Below, one piece after another: positions 7,919 through 17,275 of a stretch of 47,732 bases of DNA. The stretch is taken from the NCBI RefSeq assembly GCF_052169755.1, contig NZ_JBQNBV010000001.1:1-47732 (forward strand), read 5' to 3'. Below the pieces are notes generated by a model, which did not search any database, had not been told where the DNA came from, and saw only the letters and a program-made list of their open reading frames with translations. Within the stretch, counting starts at the first letter, position 1. Every line of letters starts with the position of its first letter. The position numbers were made by a program, and so were the translations under genes. Source of the DNA: Selenomonas sp. Its GTDB lineage: Bacteria > Bacillota > Negativicutes > Selenomonadales > Selenomonadaceae.

Positions 7919-9490
7919 GTGAAGCAGCCAAAATATTTTTCCAAGAAGCTCTGTGCGCTGGTGTTGGGCGGGTTCGTCTCTTTCGGTCTTGCATCTGCCG
8001 TCTCGGCGCAGCCTCGCTCGCTTGCGCTTGCGGAGAGCGTGGAGCTTGCTCTTGAGAACAACCGCACGATCAAGTCGTCTGTGACCGATGTCGATGCGGC
8101 AAACTGGGCGTACCGTGAAGCGCGCCGCACGGCAGGCCCGAAGCTCACGCTTTCGACGCAGGGCAGCCGTGTCGGCGGCAAGGCGTATGAGCGGTATCCT
8201 TCGGATTATGCTTATCGGAGCAGCGCGGAGCTTTCTTTCCCACTCTACACGGGAGGACGCATTGAAAACGGCATCGAGGCGGCGCGTTACGGCGTGAACC
8301 GTGCGGATCTCGCGCTTGAGGGTGTGAAGCAGGCGGTGCGCTACCAGACGACGGGTCAGTATTTCAAGGCGCTCGAATACCGCAATCTCATCAAGGTCGG
8401 CGAGATGTCCGTCGCAAATTTGAAAAGCCATCTCGACAATGTGAACGCGCAGTATCGCGTCGGTACGGTCGCACGCTCCGATGTACTCGCGTCCCAGGTT
8501 TCACTCGCGAACGCCGAGCAGAATCTCGTAAATATCAAGAATAATTACGATGTCGCCATCGCCGGACTGAACAAGATCATCGGACTGCCGACCGCCACGG
8601 AGCTTTCTCTGGCAGATGAGCTTTCTTATAAGAAGTACGATCTGGCGCTTGCGGACTGCACGGCATACGCGCTCGCACATCGAGCCGATGTCATCGCGGC
8701 GGATTATGCCGTGCGTCAAGCGAACGCCGCTTTGGAAATGACGCGCGGCGCATCCTTGCCGCAGGTCAGTGCGGCGGCGACGCGCACGGTCGGCGGCGAC
8801 AGCTGGTTCTCGAACAATACGGACTCGGCGGACACTTGGTCGATCGGCGTGCAGGCGAGCTGGGCGGCATTTGACAACAACGTGACGGCGGCGCAGGTGA
8901 ATCAGAAGCGTGCGGCGGTGCACAAGATGCAGCAGGCGGCGGAAGATATGCGCGAGCAGGCAGAGTTGGACGTGCAGACGGCGTATCTCAGTCTCTTGGC
9001 GGCAGAGAAGAATATTCGGACGACGAGCGTCGCTGTCGAACGTGCCATCGAGGACTTCAAGATTGCGCAGGTGCGCTACACGGCGGGCGTCGGTACGAAT
9101 CTCGACGTAACGGACGCGGATGAAAAACTCGTCAAGGCGCAGACGAATTACTACGATGCTCTCTACAATTACAACCTCAGCAGGGCGGCGCTCGACCGCG
9201 CTATGGGGCTGCCTGTCGATCTCGACGCCGGTTCTTATCGGGCGAAGGTCGATGCGAAGTATCATAAGGCGGCAGAGGAGCAGGCGGAGATAGCGCTTTA
9301 CCATACGGATGAAGCGGAGGCGAAGATGGCTGCCGAGCAAAAGGCGCTTGATGAAAAGAGTAAACGCAGCGCGGCGAAGGATGACGCCATGATTCCTGTG
9401 ACGCAGGGCGCGCCGGTAAAAACCGCTTCCGTCAAGACGGCGGAAAAGGATGCAGCGGCTGAAGCGGTGCAGGCAGGAAGGTCGATCTAA
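7919..9490 (+). CDS. tolC: TolC-family outer membrane channel
   Basis: Signal peptide, LAESVELALENN, LSFPLYTGG, two OEP repeats (YRVGTVARSDVL; YTAGVGTNLDVTDA), LDRAMG, then an Ala/Lys/Glu-rich tail. Confidence 0.93.
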   Translation: MKQPKYFSKKLCALVLGGFVSFGLASAVSAQPRSLALAESVELALENNRTIKSSVTDVDAANWAYREARRTAGPKLTLSTQGSRVGGKAYERYPSDYAYRSSAELSFPLYTGGRIENGIEAARYGVNRADLALEGVKQAVRYQTTGQYFKALEYRNLIKVGEMSVANLKSHLDNVNAQYRVGTVARSDVLASQVSLANAEQNLVNIKNNYDVAIAGLNKIIGLPTATELSLADELSYKKYDLALADCTAYALAHRADVIAADYAVRQANAALEMTRGASLPQVSAAATRTVGGDSWFSNNTDSADTWSIGVQASWAAFDNNVTAAQVNQKRAAVHKMQQAAEDMREQAELDVQTAYLSLLAAEKNIRTTSVAVERAIEDFKIAQVRYTAGVGTNLDVTDADEKLVKAQTNYYDALYNYNLSRAALDRAMGLPVDLDAGSYRAKVDAKYHKAAEEQAEIALYHTDEAEAKMAAEQKALDEKSKRSAAKDDAMIPVTQGAPVKTASVKTAEKDAAAEAVQAGRSI

Positions 9491-9569
9491 GGCAAAAAAG
9501 CCGCTTTTGAGGTCGCGTATCTGCATATTTCATACAGTCTGACAAATGGAGAATGAGGAGGAAGAGCCG

Positions 9570-12500
9570 ATGAAAAAGGGACGTATCGCTTTTGCGGCAG
9601 TCGTCATCGCGCTCTTCCTTTTTGCGCTCTTTTTCGGCATGGCTCTTTACATTACACGCACGGGCGCCTATGCGGAGGATATGGGCAAGACGATTTCTCT
9701 GCGTGCATCCGAACTTCTTGGCGTACCTGTCGCCGTCGACGGTGTGCGCATCGAGTCCGCGCATAGAATCTCGCTTGAGGGCATTCGCGTGCAGGACAAA
9801 GCGGGAGAAGAGCTTGCCCATGCCGCAGCCGCCGAAGTGGATCTGAGCATCTTCGCTGTCTTTTCTTCCTCGCCCGCCGCCGCCGTATCCCATGTGACGG
9901 TCGTGGAACCTGTATTGTATCTGCGCCAGCGCGAGGACGGCAGTTGGAACGCTGCCGATCTCGTACAGGAGGGAGACACCGCGGGCGATTTTCGCGCTAA
10001 GGTCAGCGTGCAGAAAGGCGCAGCAAGCGTTGTCTTTTCCGGCAAGGAGATCGCTTTTGCGGATATCGAGGCGGAATTTGACTTTGCGGAAGCCTCATCC
10101 GTTGCCGTCGAGGGGCGGGCGACGAGCAAGGGAGCGCCGCTTGTCGTCGAGGGTGAAGTTTCTTCGAAACGGCAGGAGCTTGAGATCACTGGTGAAAATA
10201 TCGATGCGATGGACTACCTTGCATTTTTGCCCGAGGGAACGCTTCCCAGAGAGATCGAGCCGCAGGCGCTTTTCATCGACGAGGCGAAGATGAAGTTCGT
10301 ATGCGAAGGCGGCGACGCATCGCTTGCAGGCGACGTGCGTTTTTCGAATGCACAGGCGCTTGTGTACGGCACGAAGGTCGAAGATGGGCGAGGACTGCTT
10401 CTTCTGGCAGGCGAGGATGCACGCATCTTTTTGCGCGCGCAGACCACAGGGCAAGAGGCGTCTCTGCATGGCAAGATCGCATGGCGAGAGGCGGAGCCGA
10501 GCTTCAATTTCGTCGTGGAATCCGCTGCGTTCGATCCGTCGGCAGTCTTGGCGCAAAGTCCGTTCGAGGGCAAAGTGCGCGTTCTTGCATCCGTTTACGG
10601 TACAGCGCATGACTGGAAAATTGACGGTGCGTGTGAGGCTGCTTCCGGCACGCTTTACGGTCATGCACTGACGGGTGCGAAAGTCAAGGCGCACTTCGAA
10701 AACGGGCTTTTGACGGCGAGCGGCGGAGCGAATGCCTTGGGCGGCGCAGTCGCAGGACAGGGGCTGCTCCATGCGGACGACGGCTCGTACAGCGCACATG
10801 TTGAGGCGAAGGATCTTGCAGGGGAAGAGATCGCTGCACTGCTATCTACCGAGGAGCTTTCCTTGCAGGGACGCTGCGACGCCGATGTCGTGCTTGAGGG
10901 CAAGGGTGCGGATGCAGATGGGCTTCTCGCTTACGGCACTGTCGCCGTCGCGGGGGCGTCGTTTCGCGGCGTCGAGATCGAGCGTGTTTCGACATCCTTC
11001 TTCAAGCAAGGGAAGCTGCTTCATTTTGACAATCTCAATCTTTCTTTTGCGGCGGGCGGCACGCTGGTCGTTGAGGGTGATGTGAGAGACTTTGACAACC
11101 TCGATCTGCGCTTTTACGGCACGGCGCTGCCGCTTGCTCTCGCAGATGCTTTTGTGCCCGAGGCTGCGGCTTCCGGCACGCTCGACATTGCAGGAGCGGT
11201 GCGCGGCGCAGCGGCGAATCCTATGGTCGAGGCAAATTTCGAGGGAGCGGCGGGCAATGCTTTTTGCCAGCCTTTTGATACCTTCCACGGCGCGGTTCAT
11301 GGAAGCGCCGACGGCATTGTGATCGACCATTTCTCTGTGGAACGCGGCGGCAAAGAAACGTGGATCGCCGAGGGCAGCATCGGTCTTACGGGGGCGAAGC
11401 GTCTCGATGTCCGCATCGATTCGATCGGCGCACGCATGGAGGATGTGGCGGCTTTCGTTGCGCCCGACCAGCCGATCACAGGAAACGTCGACAACACGAT
11501 TCATTTCACGGGCACGCTTGACAACCCGTCGGCAGTCGGCTACATTCATTTCTATCGCGGCAGCTACAACGGCTATATCCTCTCGGGTATGGACGGCGAC
11601 TATTATCTGGAAAACGGCGTCGTGCGGCTGCAGGATTTCCACATCTTTTCGCCGCTCGTCGATGTCGACTTGAACGGCGCCGTCACACGGGACGGTGTGC
11701 TCGACCTCTACGCCGACGTACACGACGTAAGTCTCGACCGCTTTGGCAGCAAGCTGCCGTATCCGGTCAGCGGTCATGGCACATTTGCCGGGCATATTTC
11801 GGGTACTCTTGAGATGCCGCAATTCCTCGGCGTGTTCGATGCCAAGACACTCAAGCTCAACGGGCAGGATATCGAAACCGTGCACGGCGAGGTCGTCTTT
11901 GGCGACGATGTGCTGCGCGTGGAAAATACGCATTTCAAGCAAAATGGCGGCAGCTATGCGATGAAGTGCACGGCGAACCTTGAAACGCAGGCGCTCGATG
12001 GCGTTTTGCAGGTGGAAAACGGCGATGTGCGCGCGCTCTTCGCTATCGCGAATCTCAAGAACGATATTCTGGAAGGGCGGCTTGACGGTGCGATTCGTCT
12101 CGCCGGTACGCTGGAAAATCCGCTCGCGGAGCTGGATGCCGTCGTCCGTGAGGGCAAGGCAAGCGGCTATGAGATACGCGATCTCGTGCTCGACGTCAAG
12201 CTTGCTGACCATGTCGTGACGATCCGCGAACTGCACGGCAGACAAGGCGAGGGCGTTTTTGCCGCGCAGGGGCGCATTCCCTTGAACGATGCCGCGATGG
12301 ATGCACAATTTGCGGCGAACGGCGTTGCCGCCGGCATGGTCGCGAAAGCCGCAGGCGCGACTGCCGATGTGCGCGGCACGCTCGATCTCGCCGTGCAGTT
12401 CGGCGGTACGGTTAAAAATCCGAGGGCAAACGCTTCCGTCGAAGTGAAAAACGGCGGTGTGGGCGCATCGACATTTGATGATATGACAGGGCTTTTGAAT

Positions 12501-13904
12501 CTCAAAAACGGCGTCATACATATCGATCAGCTCCTCGTGAAAAAGAAGCTTGGCGATCGCATTTACAGCGCGAACGCCAAGGGAAAGATCCCCGTCAAGA
12601 GCCTGACGGCGGCTTCGGATGAGTGGCTTGACGCGCCCGAGCAGATTGATTTGACGCTGTCCCTTGACCGCGCCGATCTCTCGCTGCTGCCGATCCTCTC
12701 GCCTGCAGTTGATTGGGCTGTCGGCCCGACGAAGGGGAAGGTGCGCGTGACAGGGACGTTGGCGCAGCCCTATTTTGAAGGTGAGATCAGCCTGACGGAC
12801 GGCGCACTGAAACTCAAGGACGTCGCGATACCTGTGACGGAGATGAAGGCGCGTCTGCGCTTTGTCGGCAGTACGATATCCCTTGAGGACTGCACGGGCA
12901 AGATGGGCGCCGGCTCTTATCGCATCACGGGCAGGACGGCGTTCTCCGGTGCGCGGCTGCAAGACTACACGCTCGATTTTACCGCCGATGAACTTGGCGT
13001 CGTCAGCAGCTTCTACAACGGGCCTTTGACGGCTGCGTTTCATATCGAAGAAGGCGAGATGGACGGCGAGAAAATGCCAAAACTCACAGGCAAGGTGCTG
13101 GTCCATCATGCGACGCTTTCGATTCCGTCCATACCCGACAGTGAGAGTGCGCTGCCCAAGATGCTTCTCGACGTCGGGGTGACGCTCGGCGAGCGCGTGC
13201 GGTTTTTCAGTCCGTCGCTCTACGATATGCGTTTGGCAGGAGCCTTCCACTATGGCGGCACGACGCGTCACATTGAGCCGTCGGGCACGATCACCGTCGA
13301 GCGCGGCACGATCACTTACAACAAGACACGCTTTACCATTCGCGACGGCGAGGCATATTTCAATCAGATCGGCTCCTTTTTGCCGAGCCTCACGCTTGAG
13401 GCGGATGCACACTTCGGCAAAGTGCGCATCTTCCTGCACACGAAAGGGCCTATCGGCGCGATGGAGATGCGCCTGACGTCCATGCCCGCGATGAGCGAGA
13501 CGGAGATCCTGCGTCTTTTGACCTTCCAGACCGCCGATTTGCGGACGGAGCAGGCGTTGACATCGCTTCTGAGCTTCGGGCTTTCGATGACGATTCTCGG
13601 CGAGTTGGAAGCGAATGTACAAAACGCGCTGGGGCTTGATGAGTTCCGCATTGCGGGCGAGGATGTGGCGACGACGGATCAAGCGGGGCTGAAATCCGGC
13701 GAGAGGGATCGAAGCCTTGAATACAACTTGGAAGTCGGAAAGTATATCAACGACAAGGTCATGCTGCGCTACAAGCAGGGCATAGGCAACAAGGTGCGCG
13801 AGTTCGGCGTGCGCTACGATTTCAACGACCGCATGAGTCTGTATTGGAATCGCGACGAAGATGCAAACTCGGTCGTCGGTCTTGAAGCGCGTATCAAATT
13901 TTAG
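9570..13904 (+). CDS. tamB: TamB/AsmA-like translocation and assembly module protein
   Basis: About 1440 aa; N-terminal TM anchor, LYLRQREDGSWNAADL AsmA-like motif, repetitive Gly-rich beta segments, DUF490-like C-terminus (LTSMPAMSETEILRLL...LEVGKYINDKVMLRY) ending EARIKF. Start at the ATG at 9570 after GAGGAGG. Confidence 0.9.
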   Translation: MKKGRIAFAAVVIALFLFALFFGMALYITRTGAYAEDMGKTISLRASELLGVPVAVDGVRIESAHRISLEGIRVQDKAGEELAHAAAAEVDLSIFAVFSSSPAAAVSHVTVVEPVLYLRQREDGSWNAADLVQEGDTAGDFRAKVSVQKGAASVVFSGKEIAFADIEAEFDFAEASSVAVEGRATSKGAPLVVEGEVSSKRQELEITGENIDAMDYLAFLPEGTLPREIEPQALFIDEAKMKFVCEGGDASLAGDVRFSNAQALVYGTKVEDGRGLLLLAGEDARIFLRAQTTGQEASLHGKIAWREAEPSFNFVVESAAFDPSAVLAQSPFEGKVRVLASVYGTAHDWKIDGACEAASGTLYGHALTGAKVKAHFENGLLTASGGANALGGAVAGQGLLHADDGSYSAHVEAKDLAGEEIAALLSTEELSLQGRCDADVVLEGKGADADGLLAYGTVAVAGASFRGVEIERVSTSFFKQGKLLHFDNLNLSFAAGGTLVVEGDVRDFDNLDLRFYGTALPLALADAFVPEAAASGTLDIAGAVRGAAANPMVEANFEGAAGNAFCQPFDTFHGAVHGSADGIVIDHFSVERGGKETWIAEGSIGLTGAKRLDVRIDSIGARMEDVAAFVAPDQPITGNVDNTIHFTGTLDNPSAVGYIHFYRGSYNGYILSGMDGDYYLENGVVRLQDFHIFSPLVDVDLNGAVTRDGVLDLYADVHDVSLDRFGSKLPYPVSGHGTFAGHISGTLEMPQFLGVFDAKTLKLNGQDIETVHGEVVFGDDVLRVENTHFKQNGGSYAMKCTANLETQALDGVLQVENGDVRALFAIANLKNDILEGRLDGAIRLAGTLENPLAELDAVVREGKASGYEIRDLVLDVKLADHVVTIRELHGRQGEGVFAAQGRIPLNDAAMDAQFAANGVAAGMVAKAAGATADVRGTLDLAVQFGGTVKNPRANASVEVKNGGVGASTFDDMTGLLNLKNGVIHIDQLLVKKKLGDRIYSANAKGKIPVKSLTAASDEWLDAPEQIDLTLSLDRADLSLLPILSPAVDWAVGPTKGKVRVTGTLAQPYFEGEISLTDGALKLKDVAIPVTEMKARLRFVGSTISLEDCTGKMGAGSYRITGRTAFSGARLQDYTLDFTADELGVVSSFYNGPLTAAFHIEEGEMDGEKMPKLTGKVLVHHATLSIPSIPDSESALPKMLLDVGVTLGERVRFFSPSLYDMRLAGAFHYGGTTRHIEPSGTITVERGTITYNKTRFTIRDGEAYFNQIGSFLPSLTLEADAHFGKVRIFLHTKGPIGAMEMRLTSMPAMSETEILRLLTFQTADLRTEQALTSLLSFGLSMTILGELEANVQNALGLDEFRIAGEDVATTDQAGLKSGERDRSLEYNLEVGKYINDKVMLRYKQGIGNKVREFGVRYDFNDRMSLYWNRDEDANSVVGLEARIKF

Positions 13905-13914
13905 GGGGGACGTC

Positions 13915-14541
13915 ATGAAACTCGAAGAGTATTTGAGCGAGTTGGAAAAAGTTGAGATGCTTTCACTCGAAGAAGAACGCCGACTTTGGCAGGCGTTCAA
14001 GGAGCGCGGTGAAAGGACGGCGAGACAGCGCCTTATCGAAGCGTACCAGCCGCTCGTATTCAAGACGGCTCTTCCGTGGCGCACGAGCGCGAGCATCATG
14101 GACGTCATCCAGGAAGGCACGGTCGGCCTCATCGAAGCGACGGAGAGCTTCGACTGGCAGCGCGGCGTCGCATTCAGCCTCTTCGCCGTCCATCGCATAC
14201 GCGGCAGGATGCTGAACTTCCTGCAAAGGGAAGGGAAGCGTGACGTCGCCTGCATGGATGCGCCGCGAGCTGACGGCAGAGAGCCGTGGGAACTTCTGCC
14301 CGACACGGGGCTTTCCGTCGCCGAGCAGGCGGAATTGGGACTCATGACGAAAGAACTTCATCGGGCGCTCGCGCGACTGCCGCAGAAAGAGCGTCTCGTC
14401 TTAGAGGGCGTTTACTTAAAGAGCGAGGCGGCGGCGAAGCTCGCCGATGTGCTCGACGTGAGTGCGGCGCACATCTACCGCCTGCAAAAGAGCGGCATAC
14501 GCCGCGTGCGCGGTATGCTCACGCGCTTTATGCGCTTTTGA
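13915..14541 (+). CDS. Sigma-70 family alternative RNA polymerase sigma factor
   Basis: Region 1.2-like MLSLEEERRLW, region 2 DVIQEGTVGLIEATESFDWQRGVAFSLFAVHRIRGRM, region 4 LPQKERLVL...LADVLDVSAAHIYRLQKSGIRRVR; GGGGGA RBS. Confidence 0.92.
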   Translation: MKLEEYLSELEKVEMLSLEEERRLWQAFKERGERTARQRLIEAYQPLVFKTALPWRTSASIMDVIQEGTVGLIEATESFDWQRGVAFSLFAVHRIRGRMLNFLQREGKRDVACMDAPRADGREPWELLPDTGLSVAEQAELGLMTKELHRALARLPQKERLVLEGVYLKSEAAAKLADVLDVSAAHIYRLQKSGIRRVRGMLTRFMRF

Positions 14542-14555
14542 GAGGGGGAAAGACG

Positions 14556-15140
14556 ATGGCGGAGGAAAGGGAACGGCTCTGTGCGCACATCAAAGCGGCA
14601 AAGGATTGGCTCGGGCGTGCGGAATCTTCTCTGGAAAGGGAAAACGACATCAAGGGCGGCTTGAGCCTCATGCTCGCAGAGGCGGAGCTGCAACGTGCGC
14701 GTGAAACGCAAAGGATGAAGCGTCTCGCGCAGGTTCTTGCGCCGACGCTCGCGCTCTTTTTCGCTCTGGGCGGCGTCTTTCTTTATCGTGCGTTGGATTC
14801 GCCGGCGCCGTCTGTGGAGCAAAGTTACGCCGAAAGTGCACCGAAAAAAGATCATACGCCCGCAGCGCAGGAAGCGCAGGCATCGCCTGCTGCATCAGCC
14901 GCGGATGCTCCGCACGGGGCGGCGTCGGCTTCTTCCGTGCTGTCGGAGCAGCCTGTCGTCACTTCTGCTCCGGCAAAGGAAGCAAAGATGTCGGCTGACG
15001 TGCAGCCGGCGCATCCTGTACAGGATGCGCCGCAGGTGGAGCCGGAGCAGGCGAAAGTTGCAGCCGCTGACACCGCGTCCCCGCCTGCACACGATCTGCA
15101 GAAGCTCATGCTTTCTGCGGGACGCATCCTCAGAGAATGA
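14556..15140 (+). CDS. Single-pass membrane protein directly after the sigma factor (candidate anti-sigma)
   Basis: About 55-aa helical N-terminus, one TM (LAPTLALFFALGGVFLY), Ala/Pro/Ser-rich linker, short terminal helix LQKLMLSAGRILRE; GAGGGGG RBS 14 nt after the sigma stop. The function is inferred. Confidence 0.7.
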   Translation: MAEERERLCAHIKAAKDWLGRAESSLERENDIKGGLSLMLAEAELQRARETQRMKRLAQVLAPTLALFFALGGVFLYRALDSPAPSVEQSYAESAPKKDHTPAAQEAQASPAASAADAPHGAASASSVLSEQPVVTSAPAKEAKMSADVQPAHPVQDAPQVEPEQAKVAAADTASPPAHDLQKLMLSAGRILRE

Positions 15141-15188
15141 TTGCTCTTATAATTCGATAAAACTCGCCGATAGGTCTTTGCGTCCCCC

Positions 15189-15216
15189 TTGACCTCAACG
15201 GCATTCATGGTAAACT
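15189..15216 (+). promoter_or_regulatory. Putative distal bamA promoter (TTGACC-16-TGgTAAACT)
   Basis: TTGACC 15189-15194, TAAACT 15211-15216, with TG extension. Confidence 0.55.
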
Positions 15217-15295
15217 ATACGTACAAACGTCCACTTTGTGGACATTGTACGTCGCCCTTACCAGAAAGCAGCCAATCAGTCTGCACCCTTCGGGT

Positions 15296-15323
15296 TTGAC
15301 TTCTTGGGCTTTCATGGTAGAAT
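15296..15323 (+). promoter_or_regulatory. Putative proximal bamA promoter (TTGACT-16-TGgTAGAAT)
   Basis: TTGACT 15296-15301, TAGAAT 15318-15323, with TG extension; about 40 nt before the ATG. Confidence 0.65.
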
Positions 15324-15364
15324 AAAGAACATACCGAAGATCATGGGAGGTTGGAAACTTGGAT

Positions 15365-17275
15365 ATGAAAAGAACGCGAATCCTTGCTGGAGCCGCAGCG
15401 TTTGCTGTGGGGGCTGCCGGCTTTTCCGCAGACGTTTCTGCGGCTGTTGCCGTCGTGGGTACGATGCAGAACGATCAGGAGATGAAGAATGCTGCCGCTG
15501 ATGCGGCGGAGATTCATCGGGTGGAAACGCAGTCTGCGGACGAGAATGCCGCCGCCGCCAAGGCGATGCCAAAGGATGCGCGTGTTGAGGCTTGGGAGGC
15601 TGTGCGCCCCGACGAGCGCAAGGTTGAGGAAGATGCGAAGATCGCTGACGGCAAGACCATCGTTGACATCGTCGTCGATGGTGCGGGCGCTGACACGATG
15701 GCGACGGCGCGTGCGGCTCTCGTGCAGCGCGTCGGCGATGCCTATGATGCGCAGAAAGCGCAAAATGACCGTTCCGCCATCTTCGACACAGGCTATTTCT
15801 ACGATCTCTACCCATCGTGGCAGTACGTTCCCGAGGGCGTCGTCCTCACCTATCATGTCTTGGAAAATCCCGTGCTGAAATCGGTGAAAATCGAGGGCAA
15901 CACGGTGGAGACGACGGAAGATCTCGAAAAGCTCATCACGCTCAAGACAGGGCAGGTGATGAACAGCCGCGAGCTGCAGAAGAATGTTTCCGCCATGCAG
16001 GAAAAGTACAGGGCGGACGGGTTCATTCTCGCCAAGATCGAGGATATGAACATCGACGCTTCGGGAGAGCTTACGCTCAAAGTCAACGAAGGAAAACTTG
16101 AGGGTTTTGCTGTCAAGGGCAATACAAAGACGAAGGATCGTGTCATCCTTCGGGAGATGCGCCTTAAGATCGGCGAGCCTTTCGACGTGAAGAAAGCGCG
16201 TCGGAGTATGCAGCGCATCTACAATTTGGGATTCTTCGAAGATGTGAATATGAAGCTCAATCCGGGCGAAGCGCCGGGGTCTGTCATCTTGGAAGCGGAT
16301 GTCGTCGAAAAGCGCACGGGCAACTTCGGCATAGGCGCGGGTTACAGCTCCTCAGACGGCTTCGTCGGTATGCTCAACGTCGGCGATACGAACTTTCGCG
16401 GCATGGGCGATGCGGTGAGCCTGCTCTATGAGATGAGCGGCGACGATACGGATGCGCACGGCTTCGTATTCTCCTATCGCCGTCCTTGGCTGGACAGCAA
16501 GGAGACGACGGGATCGCTTCGCATTTACAACCGCACATACGAGTACGACGACTACGATACCGAGGGCAACCTGCAGGAAGAGTACATGAGGAAGTACTCG
16601 GGCGCTGAGATCACGCTCGGTCGTCCGGTCAACGAGTATTCGACGAACTTCATCACACTGCGCAACCGCACGGACACCTATGTGCATCATAAGAGCGGCG
16701 CCAACCGCAGCACGCCGCGCTGGAAGGCGTGGCGCGATGCGAACTTCGGTACGACGCGCAGCATTACGCTGCAGCGTGTGACCGATACGCGCGACAATAT
16801 CTACAACCCGACATCGGGCGGGCGCATGAGCCTTGAAGCGGAGTTTGCAGGTTTTGGCGGCGACTTCAACTATCAGAAGTTCACGGCAGAGGACAAGCGC
16901 TTCTTCAAGGTCGGCAGGGCGCAGACCATCGCTTTGCGCGGTCAGCTCGGCTATGCGCGCGGCTCGATTTCCGAGTCGAACCTCTATAAGCTCGGCGGAC
17001 AGGATTCTTTGCGCGGCTACCGCGACGATCAGTTCCGAGGTACGCACCTCTTCCTCGCGACGGCTGAGTATCGCTTCCCGATCGTGAACAAGGTGCAGGG
17101 CGCAGTCTTTACCGACTGGGGAAATGCGTGGAGCGGCGAGCGTTTGCCCAATACGATCAAGGGCAGCGTCGGCGTCGGTCTGCAGCTTGAGACGCCGGTC
17201 GGTCCGATTCGTCTCGATTACGGCCGCGGCTCGGACGGCGGGCGTGTGCATTTCAGCGTCGGCGGCTCCTTCTGA
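15365..17275 (+). CDS. bamA: Omp85/BamA outer membrane protein assembly factor
   Basis: Signal peptide, three POTRA repeats (e.g. VKGNTKTKDRVILREM...YNLGFFEDV), GNFGIGAGYSS strand 1, LGGQDSLRGY (VRGY-like motif), ETPVGPIRLDYG, C-terminal FSVGGSF. Confidence 0.95.
   Translation: MKRTRILAGAAAFAVGAAGFSADVSAAVAVVGTMQNDQEMKNAAADAAEIHRVETQSADENAAAAKAMPKDARVEAWEAVRPDERKVEEDAKIADGKTIVDIVVDGAGADTMATARAALVQRVGDAYDAQKAQNDRSAIFDTGYFYDLYPSWQYVPEGVVLTYHVLENPVLKSVKIEGNTVETTEDLEKLITLKTGQVMNSRELQKNVSAMQEKYRADGFILAKIEDMNIDASGELTLKVNEGKLEGFAVKGNTKTKDRVILREMRLKIGEPFDVKKARRSMQRIYNLGFFEDVNMKLNPGEAPGSVILEADVVEKRTGNFGIGAGYSSSDGFVGMLNVGDTNFRGMGDAVSLLYEMSGDDTDAHGFVFSYRRPWLDSKETTGSLRIYNRTYEYDDYDTEGNLQEEYMRKYSGAEITLGRPVNEYSTNFITLRNRTDTYVHHKSGANRSTPRWKAWRDANFGTTRSITLQRVTDTRDNIYNPTSGGRMSLEAEFAGFGGDFNYQKFTAEDKRFFKVGRAQTIALRGQLGYARGSISESNLYKLGGQDSLRGYRDDQFRGTHLFLATAEYRFPIVNKVQGAVFTDWGNAWSGERLPNTIKGSVGVGLQLETPVGPIRLDYGRGSDGGRVHFSVGGSF

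Noticed and set aside
10842..14345. 1167-aa minus-strand ORF antisense to tamB and the sigma gene
   Set aside because: Shadow ORF typical of GC-rich codon usage; Arg/His/Ala-rich with no motifs, and fully overlapping well-supported genes.
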